A stretch of 64,000 nt of DNA from an uncultured Spirochaetales bacterium (GTDB lineage: Bacteria > Spirochaetota > Spirochaetia > SP-2023 > CAYRNA01). Below are positions 19,618 through 29,400 of this stretch, in pieces; within the stretch, counting starts at the first letter, position 1; the number at the start of each line of letters is the position of its first letter. Position numbers and translations under genes: made by a program. The notes under the pieces are model-generated. The model searched no databases. It saw nothing but the letters and a program-made list of their open reading frames with translations, and was not told the origin of the DNA. Where the stretch lies: positions 21,936 through 85,935 of the forward strand of contig CAYRNA010000001.1 of the NCBI GenBank assembly GCA_964425555.1. The letters are read 5' to 3'.

Positions 19618-21261
19618 ATGACAAATTCACTTTTGCAAAAAGAACGCTATCAATACAAACCTAAAGTACCGCAAGTACTAGAAGGCGATTTTTCAACTTT
19701 AGTGTGTGGCGAAAAAGAAGCGACACAACCAATGGATCATGTTGCAGAGATCACAGAACTCTTTCCTAACACTGTTGGGCAACCTGTTATTGAGATTCTT
19801 CGTGGCAGTAACAAGCTCGATTTCTCTGCCAACATAGGTATTATTTTGTCGGGTGGTCCTGCTCCAGGTGGTCACAATGTGATTGCGGGAATTTTTGATG
19901 GACTCAAAAAAATCAATAAAAACTGTAAAGTGTATGGATTCCTCGGTGGCCCCAGCGGCATACTCGAAGATAAAAAAATAGAAATAACGTCTGAATTATT
20001 AGAAAAATTTCGTAATACGGGTGGTTTTGATATTATTGGTTCTGGACGAACGAAGTTGGAAAGCGCTGAGCAATTTGCAACAGCATTTGCAAACTGCGAA
20101 AAAAATCAGATCAAAGGCATAGTTATTATTGGTGGCGATGACTCCAATACTAATGCCGCATTGTTAGCAGAAGCAGCGAAAGCAGCGGGTAATGGTATCA
20201 CTGTTATTGGTTGCCCTAAAACGATAGACGGCGATCTTAAAACAAAAGAGATAGAAGCCTCTTTTGGTTTCGATAGTGCAGCCAAAGTCTTTTCGGAGTT
20301 GGTCGGTAATATAGGTCGTGACGCAAATTCCAGTAAAAAATATTGGCATTTCGTCAGATTGATGGGACGCAGTGCTTCTCATATCACCTTAGAATGCGCT
20401 TTGCAAACACATCCCAATGTGACGCTTATTTCTGAAGAAGTTGCCGCCAAGAAAATGACTCTGGCGCAAATTGTTGATGACATCGCTGATTCTGTTGTGA
20501 AACGATCTATTAATGGCGATAATTTCGGTCTTGTGCTGATTCCCGAAGGATTGATTGAATTCATTCCTCAAATTAAAGTTCTTATTGATAAGCTCAACGA
20601 TGTTTTGGCGCATGACGAAGCCATCTTAAGCAAAATGACCAATAATAACGAGAAAATCACTCATATGCGTGGTGTTCTTTCTGGTGATTTATTAAGCGTT
20701 TTCGATAGCTTGCCTACAGAAATACAATTGCAGTTATTGCTCGACAGAGATCCACACGGCAATGTCCAAGTGTCTCTCATCGAAACCGAAAAAATGCTTC
20801 TTGCCATGGTCAAAGAAAAAGTCACGGCAAACCCCAAATTCAAAGGTAAATTTTCTGGCATGCCTCATTTCTTTGGTTATGAAGGTCGCTGTGGTTTCCC
20901 TACGAACTTTGATTCAAACTACTGCTACAGCCTCGGCTTGGTCGCTTCATTATTGATGGCAAACGGCAAAACAGGCTATATGGCTTCTATCAGAGAACTG
21001 CAAAAGCCGCCTGTGGAGTGGGTCGCCGGAGGTATTCCGACAACGATGTTGATGAATATGGAACAACGCCACGGTAGCCCTAAACCTGTTATTCGTAAAG
21101 CTCTCGTTGAGTTAGACGGCAAGCCGTTCAAATTTTTAGAATCTATTCGTGAACAACTTAAAGTTGAAACAGCCTTTATTTCGCCTGGAAGTATACAGTA
21201 TTTCGGTCCGACTGAAATCTGTGACGTACCTACAAAAACATTACAATTAGAAAAGCAATAA
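19618..21261 (+). CDS. pfp: Pyrophosphate-dependent 6-phosphofructokinase (diphosphate--fructose-6-phosphate 1-phosphotransferase), long form
   Basis: Motifs GGPAPGGHNVIAG, IIGGDDSNTNAALLAE, PKTIDGDL and MGRSASHITLECALQTHPN. The track start is 19594. I prefer the second ATG at 19618 (MTNSLLQKERYQYKPK), because long spirochaetal-type PfpB proteins begin this way as I recall. Confidence 0.9.
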   Translation: MTNSLLQKERYQYKPKVPQVLEGDFSTLVCGEKEATQPMDHVAEITELFPNTVGQPVIEILRGSNKLDFSANIGIILSGGPAPGGHNVIAGIFDGLKKINKNCKVYGFLGGPSGILEDKKIEITSELLEKFRNTGGFDIIGSGRTKLESAEQFATAFANCEKNQIKGIVIIGGDDSNTNAALLAEAAKAAGNGITVIGCPKTIDGDLKTKEIEASFGFDSAAKVFSELVGNIGRDANSSKKYWHFVRLMGRSASHITLECALQTHPNVTLISEEVAAKKMTLAQIVDDIADSVVKRSINGDNFGLVLIPEGLIEFIPQIKVLIDKLNDVLAHDEAILSKMTNNNEKITHMRGVLSGDLLSVFDSLPTEIQLQLLLDRDPHGNVQVSLIETEKMLLAMVKEKVTANPKFKGKFSGMPHFFGYEGRCGFPTNFDSNYCYSLGLVASLLMANGKTGYMASIRELQKPPVEWVAGGIPTTMLMNMEQRHGSPKPVIRKALVELDGKPFKFLESIREQLKVETAFISPGSIQYFGPTEICDVPTKTLQLEKQ

Positions 21262-21276
21262 AGGCACACAACAACA

Positions 21277-21900
21277 ATGAATATTATTTTGTTAGGCGCC
21301 CCAGGTGCTGGAAAAGGGTCGCTGGCTTCGCGCTTAAGCAATGAAAAAAAGTTTAAGCACTTGTCCACGGGAGATATTTTTCGTGGACTTGATAAAGAGT
21401 CTGATTTAGGTCAACAAGTGCAAGCCGTTATGGCGAGCGGTCAACTTGTTTCTGATGAACTGACTATTGAAGTTGTCAAAGACATCTTAACGGACATCAG
21501 CGAGCCTTATATTTTAGATGGTTTTCCTAGGAATCTTTTTCAGGCAGAGGCTTTGGATACATTTGCAAAAATTGACAAAGTGTTGGAAATCAAAACGGAT
21601 GATTCCATTCTGGTCAATCGCATCACAGGACGACGTAGTTGTAGTCAGTGTGGCGAGATCTATCATTTAAGCAATAAGCCGCCTAGAATTGAAAATATCT
21701 GTGACTTATGTCAGGGTGTGCTTAAACATAGAGCGGATGACACCGTTGAAAAGGTGAGTACTCGCCTAGAAGTTTATTATAAGCATACCTTGCCTTTGTT
21801 AGAATATTATAGCAAGAAAGGTATGTTGTTGAGTATTGACGGTTCGCAAGCCATGAGTTTGGTGTGGGAGCAATGTCAAGACGTTCTTGGCCTCGATTAA
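21277..21900 (+). CDS. adk: Adenylate kinase (with Cys4 zinc-lid)
   Basis: MNIILLGAPGAGKGS P-loop, LSTGDIFR, and lid CSQCGEIYH...CDLCQG. Confidence 0.95.
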   Translation: MNIILLGAPGAGKGSLASRLSNEKKFKHLSTGDIFRGLDKESDLGQQVQAVMASGQLVSDELTIEVVKDILTDISEPYILDGFPRNLFQAEALDTFAKIDKVLEIKTDDSILVNRITGRRSCSQCGEIYHLSNKPPRIENICDLCQGVLKHRADDTVEKVSTRLEVYYKHTLPLLEYYSKKGMLLSIDGSQAMSLVWEQCQDVLGLD

Positions 21901-21909
21901 AGCCTATAG

Positions 21910-22842
21910 GTGGATAACGAGAACGCTATGTTATTGGCGGGTTTGGACGAAGCGGGGCTAGGGCCTTTGCTTGGTCCGCTCTGCATAGGCTCTGCTTTAT
22001 TGCCTCAAGGGTATGTGCACGAGCCTCCGTCCATTTTTACGCTCAAAGATAGCAAGACGATTTATAAAGGGCATCGTGCTTCCTTACATCAATTAGAACG
22101 AACCGCCCTCATTTTATTTTACTGGGCTTACGAGCGATTACCCACAAGCATTGAAGATTGGCTCACTACTCTTTTAGGTGAGATTCATATCGACTTAAAC
22201 TCACCCGATTTTCAAGCCCCTTGGTTGGCGCAACTTTCACACATAATGCTTCCTCTTGATGATTCTGTGCTTGTAAAAGAAGTGGAAGACACCGCCCAGC
22301 AACTGTTACGTCAATTTGGTGCGTGCAAGCTTGCGTTAAATGTTGTGAGCGCCTTGCAGCTGAATCGTAGCCTTGATTTATACCAGAATAAAGCGACTTG
22401 CGTACAAAAATTTTATCAGCCATTATTGCTATATGCACTTGAACGCAGTAACGACATTGTTATTGATAGGCAAGGGGGACGGCGCTATTACGCTGAGCAA
22501 TGCCTGAGTTTAGCCGATATTCTTTATGGTGAAAATAATACAAAAATTGAGATTTTAATGGAAAATTCTTTGTGTTCGCATTATATTTATGACAATAAAC
22601 AAATGCGTTTTATTGTGAGATCAGAAAGCCAATTCCCTCAGGTTGCGGCGGCAGCGATACTTGCAAAATATACGCGAGAAATTCTCATGCGCCATTTTAA
22701 TAATTATTGGCAAAAAGAGGTAATTAATCTTCAGCCGACCGCTGGTTATTATGTTGATGGTAAACGTTTTTGCAAAGATATTGCATGCTCTCCTTTATAT
22801 GAAGAGTACAGAAGAAAAGCTATGCTCACACGTAATAAATAG
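21910..22842 (+). CDS. Divergent RNase HII-family-like protein (310 aa)
   Basis: The N-terminal LLAGLDEAGLGPLLGPL resembles the RNase HII GxDEAGRGPLAGP active-site block. Later LKDSK, VIDRQGG, AAAILAKYTRE and AGYYVDG fit the remaining family blocks, but with large insertions. The start is GTG at 21910 or ATG at 21928. Confidence 0.45.
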   Translation: MDNENAMLLAGLDEAGLGPLLGPLCIGSALLPQGYVHEPPSIFTLKDSKTIYKGHRASLHQLERTALILFYWAYERLPTSIEDWLTTLLGEIHIDLNSPDFQAPWLAQLSHIMLPLDDSVLVKEVEDTAQQLLRQFGACKLALNVVSALQLNRSLDLYQNKATCVQKFYQPLLLYALERSNDIVIDRQGGRRYYAEQCLSLADILYGENNTKIEILMENSLCSHYIYDNKQMRFIVRSESQFPQVAAAAILAKYTREILMRHFNNYWQKEVINLQPTAGYYVDGKRFCKDIACSPLYEEYRRKAMLTRNK

Positions 22843-22895
22843 CCTATTTTTGATTTCACAATACAATAAAAACGCATCTAAAGAAAAAGGTAATA

Positions 22896-22924
22896 TTGTT
22901 ATCATGAATGTGTTACCGTATAAT
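22896..22924 (+). promoter_or_regulatory. Candidate sigma70-type promoter of paralogue 1 (TTGTTA-17 nt-TATAAT)
   Basis: TTGTTA at 22896-22901, a 17-nt spacer, and TATAAT at 22919-22924, about 65 nt upstream of ATG 22989. It is bracketed by the inverted pentamers GGTAA (22889-22893) and TTACC (22913-22917). The same module recurs upstream of paralogue 2. Confidence 0.5.
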
Positions 22925-22988
22925 AACTATATTGCCATATAATAAATTTCATAACCATTGATACCACGGACAAAGGTCTTTATATAAA

Positions 22989-25900
22989 ATGAAGCTATTT
23001 CATATCGGTTTTCTTCTTTTTTTTATTCTGGGTTGTAGACCTGCTGTAGAAATTAAAATGATAGATAGTATCGAGCCAGTAAGTTTTTTCTCTGATGTTT
23101 ATGCTTTGAGAAATCAGATGGATAGAACACTATCTTTGAATTGGATACCCAACGCAAAGGTAACTGCTTCAAATGATAATCTCTTTAGCTCTTTTGCTAT
23201 TTATAGTGGTGAGAAGGAACTATTGAAAATAGATGACTTTGAGACTTTTAAAAATATCACTTCTTATCAAATGAAAAATATTTCTTCTTCGGATACGATT
23301 GAATTACGTGTAGTAGAAACCGTTCGCAATTTTAGTAATTTTGTTGAGAATACTATTTTTGATGAAAAGATAGGTGTTGTCCTTGCTGCGAAAAATCTTG
23401 TTCCCACTGCCACAGCCGATAGAGATCCAAGTTCTGGAATAGAAGCAAACTTCTCTTTTACATGGGATTCCGTCACTGAAGATAGCACCCATACTCCTGT
23501 CATTCAAGACCAGAGTACATTCAATCAATACGATTCCTTTAACAATCTATTGTTCTCGGTTGACGTCTTGTCATCATCAGGCTACACACTACAGAACGAT
23601 ATAACCGATAATAACTCTTATAGCTTCGGTTTAAATGCCTCTTATAGCAATGCAGACAAGACTGTTCGATGGACAACAGAAGAAACGCCTCGTGTTAGTG
23701 TGCACGCAATTAATCTTATTTCTGGTTTAATTGTACCTGCATCCGTGAGTATAACAAGAGTTGATACATTTGATCTAAGTCCCACTACAAGCCTACCATC
23801 TTGGACAAACCTTGAAATTGGTTGGACATATTCTACAGGTTCAGGAACAGGAGCGATTGCCGATCCCAATCCCACTGTAACTATTTATGAAGGCGCTACA
23901 GATACTGCTGTTTATAGCTATAATATCACACCACTTCCTACTGCTGCGACCGCTGGTGTAGCAGGTAAATTAACAGTGCCTCCTACAGCCCTGTCTGCGG
24001 ATAAAAGTTACTATGCCGTAGTCTCTTCTGATTCTACTTCTGTAGAGAGCTTTAGAACCAGTACTTTTCCATCAACCTTGCTGGATACATCCGAGGCTGT
24101 GGGAATAGTAAGCACTGACGAGACGTATCAATTTTTTGACGGCTTACCTCTGAAATTGCCTGATTATGCTCAAAATGGTGTGACTATTCTTCCTACAGTC
24201 ACCGCCTTTATGGAGAATAATGGTACATCCACACCCGCGATTATTAATTGGAGCGAAGGAAGAACAGAAAATATTATTCGCGAAAAATATACACCAGGAA
24301 TCACTCCACTAACAAATGCTATTAGCACATATAATCTTACTTATAGTGTTGGTGCAGGTCATGCTCATTTATTGAGATATGAAAAACCGGTGGCATGGAT
24401 TGTTTCAAACTTCAGTGTATCCCCGCCAATATTTAATAATACTAGCAGTAATGTCTCTCTCACCATAAATGCTAATAATGAGAGTACCGCAACAGAAGTA
24501 GTACGTTTAGACATAGATGGCTTCACTGGTAATCTTAACGATATCAGCCTAGCCACAGGTACAAACTCAGTATCAGAAGATATATCTTATAACTCATTTA
24601 GAGCGAGTAATGATTCTGTTGATTGGGCTTTGGATTTTTATTATGATAGGCCCAATTATCCTAGTCTATTATTTCATTCAGAAGAAATAGACAATTTGGT
24701 GCCAGCCGCACTGGATATTACTTTTATCTCTCCTACGAATACTACTTATAAGCTTGATCCTCTAGGCAATCCTAATAATTCTTTTGAAATACTTGATAGT
24801 AGCAACATCGCCATTAGTGCGATAGAGAATTCTGTTGGCTTAAACCAACTAGGTTTCAAAGCTCAAATAAAATCTCCAGGAACTGGTATCAGTGCATCCA
24901 ACTTTATGTTTAGCTCTTATAGTCTTGCCAGTGGTAGCGTTTTCACTGTAGTAAAAACACATAAAACAGGAGCGACAACTTCTTTAGATTATCATCTAGA
25001 TCATGCCGTCAGCCTTAGCCTGCCTATCCTATCCGTAAAATATCAGGGCAGTTACAAATTGGGTTCAATGAACACTAACCGTGTCAATAATGGCGTCCCT
25101 GTGAGTTATGAAGATAGATTCTCACTCATTGCTACAGGTGACAAAGCCGCTTATGCACTTTATACTACGCCAACTTCAGGAGAGGAATATAGCTTTTTGA
25201 GTTGGGGAAGTCTGAGTGAAAGAGAGGGCTTAGGACCAAGTATTGAATATTTTGATTTTGCTGATTCTCGTTCTGTTATTGAATCTCTCAGCAGTGCTCA
25301 GGAGACAAAAAACATCTACGCAGGTAATAGATGGGTTTCAGTTTTGATAGATGAAGGTATAGCTGGAAATTCCTTTGCAACCTCTTTTGATAACGTGAGA
25401 CAAAATAAACAACTAGGAACAAGCCTATTCTTACCCATTGGAATCTCATCAGGTAGTACCCACAATCGATTTTTAGCGCTTGGCGGAGGAGCTATGAATA
25501 GCTATGGACTTGGTAATAATCCTAATCCACCTCATATCTTTGCGGGGGGAAATTATTTAAAATTCTTAGATTCTTACGGAACTCAGCTCACAGCTAAAGC
25601 GGCACAAACCGAAAAGAGAGATATTGCTATCAATGCAAATACAAGCGCCTTCATCACCAGAAATGCTATGTCAGCAGCTCAAGATGGCTTGCTTTATATC
25701 CGAGGTACAGATCAAAAAATATTTGGTTCATCGGGCAAAAAAGTATTTAATAATAATGGTAGTGGCACTGGAAAGAAATACATAGGAATAGTGGGTAATG
25801 GTAGTTATTACGCCGTATTAGACGACGATAATAAACTATGGCGAATTGGTCAAGGCTTGGGTCTCACGGCATCTTCTCTTTGGACTGCTCCTGTAGAAAT

Positions 25901-26243
25901 CATGGGTTTACCTCCTCGTGTCAGTGTGGGTAGTACGGGATTAAAAATTGTCGATATGGCTGCAGGTATTGATCATTTATTGGTCTTGCTTTCTGATGGT
26001 AGCTTGTATGCGATGGGACTCAATGACAAAGGTCAGCTAGGGGATGGCACGACAATTGCAAAAACCAGTTTTGTGCAAATATTGAATAGCTTGACAATTG
26101 TTGATATTGCTGCGGGTAATAAATTTAGTGTGGCACTAGATAATACAGGTAACCTGCATACATGGGGTGATAATTCTACTGGTGAGCTTGGCATAGATAA
26201 AGACTATCTTGCAGAAAACCATAGCCCCATACAATTTTGGTAA
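22989..26243 (+). CDS. Large predicted lipoprotein with C-terminal RCC1-type beta-propeller repeats, paralogue 1
   Basis: 1084 aa. Signal peptide plus lipobox MKLFHIGFLLFFILGC. The N-terminal two thirds are Ser/Thr/Asn-rich with Ig/FN3-like strand patterns (TLSLNW, SFSFTWDSV, LEIGWTYS). Canonical RCC1 repeats lie at the C-terminus (25950-26240): DHLLVLLSDGSLYAMGLNDKGQLGDGT and KFSVALDNTGNLHTWGDNSTGELG. More degenerate blade-like segments lie upstream. Confidence 0.8.
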   Translation: MKLFHIGFLLFFILGCRPAVEIKMIDSIEPVSFFSDVYALRNQMDRTLSLNWIPNAKVTASNDNLFSSFAIYSGEKELLKIDDFETFKNITSYQMKNISSSDTIELRVVETVRNFSNFVENTIFDEKIGVVLAAKNLVPTATADRDPSSGIEANFSFTWDSVTEDSTHTPVIQDQSTFNQYDSFNNLLFSVDVLSSSGYTLQNDITDNNSYSFGLNASYSNADKTVRWTTEETPRVSVHAINLISGLIVPASVSITRVDTFDLSPTTSLPSWTNLEIGWTYSTGSGTGAIADPNPTVTIYEGATDTAVYSYNITPLPTAATAGVAGKLTVPPTALSADKSYYAVVSSDSTSVESFRTSTFPSTLLDTSEAVGIVSTDETYQFFDGLPLKLPDYAQNGVTILPTVTAFMENNGTSTPAIINWSEGRTENIIREKYTPGITPLTNAISTYNLTYSVGAGHAHLLRYEKPVAWIVSNFSVSPPIFNNTSSNVSLTINANNESTATEVVRLDIDGFTGNLNDISLATGTNSVSEDISYNSFRASNDSVDWALDFYYDRPNYPSLLFHSEEIDNLVPAALDITFISPTNTTYKLDPLGNPNNSFEILDSSNIAISAIENSVGLNQLGFKAQIKSPGTGISASNFMFSSYSLASGSVFTVVKTHKTGATTSLDYHLDHAVSLSLPILSVKYQGSYKLGSMNTNRVNNGVPVSYEDRFSLIATGDKAAYALYTTPTSGEEYSFLSWGSLSEREGLGPSIEYFDFADSRSVIESLSSAQETKNIYAGNRWVSVLIDEGIAGNSFATSFDNVRQNKQLGTSLFLPIGISSGSTHNRFLALGGGAMNSYGLGNNPNPPHIFAGGNYLKFLDSYGTQLTAKAAQTEKRDIAINANTSAFITRNAMSAAQDGLLYIRGTDQKIFGSSGKKVFNNNGSGTGKKYIGIVGNGSYYAVLDDDNKLWRIGQGLGLTASSLWTAPVEIMGLPPRVSVGSTGLKIVDMAAGIDHLLVLLSDGSLYAMGLNDKGQLGDGTTIAKTSFVQILNSLTIVDIAAGNKFSVALDNTGNLHTWGDNSTGELGIDKDYLAENHSPIQFW

Positions 26244-26262
26244 AGATGTTATACATTTAAAA

Positions 26263-26305
26263 GGTAAAATTAAAAAGATCATATTGTTATATTCTTAATT
26301 TTACC
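26263..26305 (+). promoter_or_regulatory. Perfect 11-bp inverted repeat (GGTAAAATTAA / TTAATTTTACC, 21-nt loop) enclosing the -35 box of the paralogue 2 promoter
   Basis: Arms at 26263-26273 and 26295-26305, read directly. It starts 20 nt after the paralogue 1 stop. There is no downstream T-tract, so it is not a convincing intrinsic terminator. It is homologous to the shorter GGTAA...TTACC repeat at 22889-22917. Confidence 0.5.
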
Positions 26306-26312
26306 GTATAGT
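26284..26312 (+). promoter_or_regulatory. Candidate sigma70-type promoter of paralogue 2 (TTGTTA-17 nt-TATAGT)
   Basis: TTGTTA at 26284-26289, a 17-nt spacer ending in TTACCG as in the paralogue 1 promoter, and TATAGT at 26307-26312. Confidence 0.45.
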
Positions 26313-26421
26313 TCTAGAGATATGTTTATAAAATTATTTTTCTCTGTAGTCTAAATATTTAATCTTGATTATATAATTAGACTATTTGGTTGAAATCAAA
26401 TAGAACTTAGGACTAATAAAA

Positions 26422-29400
26422 ATGAGATTACAAAGTATTATTGTTTTGCTTATTCTTTTATTTATGGCGGGATGCAAACCTCCTGTAGAAATAAAAGAAG
26501 TAGGTCCTAAACTTGAGCCAATAACTTTTGTACCAGGTCTTTCTATTTTAAGAGATCAGATGAATAGAACATTATCTCTGAGCTGGGATACTGCGTCAAG
26601 CAATCTTAATGATAATTTATTTAACTCTCTTAGTATTTTTAACGGAGACGAAGAAGTACTTAAAATAGATGATTTCAAGATTCTACAAAATACAAATTCT
26701 TATCAAATAGATAATATTTCTTCGGGTGATATAGATCTACGTGTTGTAGAAACGGTGAGAAATTTTAACGAATTTGTTAGTACGCCTGTTTTTGATAAAA
26801 AGATTGGTACCGTTCTTGCGGCAGAAAATGTCGTCGCCTCTGTAAGTAATGACAATGATTTAACCGCTTCAATAGATGCAAGTTTTTCTTTTACATGGGA
26901 TTCTGTCACAAAAGATAGTACCAATAGCCCTGTTATTCAAGATGAGATTGCATTTAATCAGTACGATGCCGTCAATGCTCTACTAAAAACGACTAGTGTG
27001 CCGTTCTCATCCAGCTATATGCTAGAGGAAAAGATCACCGATAATAATCCTTATAGTTTTGGCTTAAACGCTTCTTATAGTAGTCCCGATAAAAAAATTA
27101 GGTGGAGGACAGGGGAAACTACTCGTGTCAGTGTACGGGTAATTAATGTTATCAATGGTTTAATAGTACCCGCATCTGCACAAATAGAACGACAAGATAC
27201 ATTTAACCTTGGTGCGGCACCAACGTCTTCTTCAAATCTCACAATCAGCTGGGATTATTCTGTTGGTACCGCTGGGACAGTTGGAGCAGGGAATAGCCCT
27301 GATGGTGATATGGTTGCCGAGATTTTTGAGCAAGGTAGTACTACACCGGTTTGGGCTCATACCTATCCTGCCAGTGGCGTGACTGCTGGAAACACCGTTA
27401 CAGAGACTCCTACTAGTATAGCCTTTGATGCAACAAAAAATTATTATTTTAGTGTCCGTTCTGACACTGTTAATGTCAAGAGCTTTCTGACAATAGGTTT
27501 ACCAACCACATTATTAGATACCGCAAATTCTGTAGGAATCGTTATGTATCCTTATACCTACCAATATTTTGACGGTTTACCGCAAACATTGCCACCTTAT
27601 AGTGACAATGGAGTGACAATAGCGCCTTCTAATATAGATGTAACTATGAGTAATGGTTCACAGGCTCCTACTCCTTCTTTCCCTATTTATGTTAGCCAAG
27701 GAAGAACTCAGAATATTTATGCTAGACAAACTCCTTTATCAACGAGCTTACCTACAGGTGCTTATAGCCAATACAGACTCGCTTATAGTTTTGGTTCCGA
27801 TCATGACCATACTATAACATACGAAAAACCAACAGAATGGATAATTTCTAACTTAACCGTCAATACGCCTAGTTTTGATAATGTTGCTGCAGAAGTATCC
27901 ATCTCTATCGATGCTGCTAATGCCAGTGCTTCTGCGACAACCCTGCGTTTAGGAGTAGAAGGGGTGGTTGGCTTTAGAGATACTCTTACCATACCTACTG
28001 GTACGGGGATATCTACCCTTAATCAAAATATACCTTATTCGGTATTTTTGATGGGAAGTGATACCGTTGATTGGTCTCTAAGATTTTATTATGACAGGCC
28101 CAATTATCCTAGTTTTATATTCCATCAAGCACCAATAGATAATTTTGTAGAAGAAGCATTGGATATTGATTTTGTCTCTCTTGCTAATGCAAGCTATGCA
28201 TTAAAGAAATTGCCGGCTACTCCTGATATTGATTTTAATATAACTAGACTTAACGACACTGCTTCACTGACTAATATTAACTATTCTATTGGTATAAAAC
28301 AGTTGGGCTTGAAACCAATAGTGAAATCTGCTGGAACGGGTATTACAGCAACTAACTTAATACCTAGAGGCCTTTCTATTCCTGATGGTAGTATTTTTAT
28401 TTTAACAAAAACACACAAAGATGGCACAACTAGTACTTTACAATATAATCTTTCTGGCGCTATTACTATCAATTCTCCTCCTTCTTCTCCGCTTAAATAT
28501 CAGAATAGCTACAAATTTGGCGACGGTTCTGCAAGCACGACCAACGCTGGCGTTCCTGTGGATTATGGGAATCGTTTATCGCTCATTGCTGCTGGTAACA
28601 AAGCCGCTTATGCAATGTATGCCACGCCCGTTCCTGGTCAAAAACATAGCTTTTTAAGTTGGGGTGATCTGAATGAAAGAGCTGGTTTAGGACCTAGTAT
28701 AGAAACTTTTGATGTTACAGGTTCACGTTCTATTATTGAAAATACCAGCGGTCCTCAAGATGTAAAAACTATCTATGCAGGTAGAAACTGGGTTGCCCAT
28801 GTATTACTGGCTAGCGCCTTTACCAACTCATATAACCCTTATTTTGTCACATCTTATACCACCGGTTCTACAAGAAGAACGGACAACACTGATCTTGATT
28901 CTTTCTTGTTTTCAAGTCAGACTTATCCTATAGGAATTTCATCAGGCAATGCTCCTTATCGTTTTCTCGCAACTAGCGGAAATGAGTATTCTTATGCAAT
29001 TGCTGAAAATAATAATAAGCAAGTTTTTAATGGAAGTGCAAGGTATTATGCAGGACTTCCAACAGCCTATGGAACACGCATAACTTCAGGTGGGGCAACA
29101 TTAACGGAAAAAAAAGATGTTGCTGTTAATCTCAATACCAGTGCTTTTATTACGAAGGGTAGTAGTGGCGGTATCGCCGATGGCGCTCTTTTCATACGAG
29201 GTCAAGATAGCAAAGTATTTGGAGACAATTCAGTAAAAGCGTTTAATGCGACTGGAAGTGGATCTTCAAGTAACTATGTAGGAATAGTGGGCAGTAATAC
29301 GTATTATGCCGTACTGGATAGTACCAATAAAGTAAAAAGAATTGGTGATGGTTTGGGCATGACTTCACCTGCACTATGGACATCTCCAGCACTGATTAGT

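Noticed and set aside
23017-23024. T8 homopolymer in the signal-peptide coding region of paralogue 1, considered as a slipped-strand phase-variation switch.
   Set aside because: Runs of 7-9 A/T are common throughout this AT-rich window (e.g. 19413-19420 and 58125-58133). The tract is short, it encodes a sensible FF, and the other two copies lack it.
23267-23503. Antisense ORFs of 70-78 aa recurring at the equivalent position in all three RCC1-lipoprotein genes (also 26703..26924 and 30151..30363; a second set at 23304..23528 and 30164..30388), which look conserved.
   Set aside because: They lie opposite the most conserved sense-strand block (LRVVETVRNF...SFSFTWD), so their conservation is inherited from the sense gene. 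They have no SD or promoter context. They are shadow ORFs.
28421-28657. 78-aa Leu-rich, hydrophobic plus-strand ORF inside paralogue 2, which could pass for a small membrane protein.
   Set aside because: It is an alternative frame of a strongly supported 1098-aa gene. It has no start context and no counterpart in copies 1 and 3.
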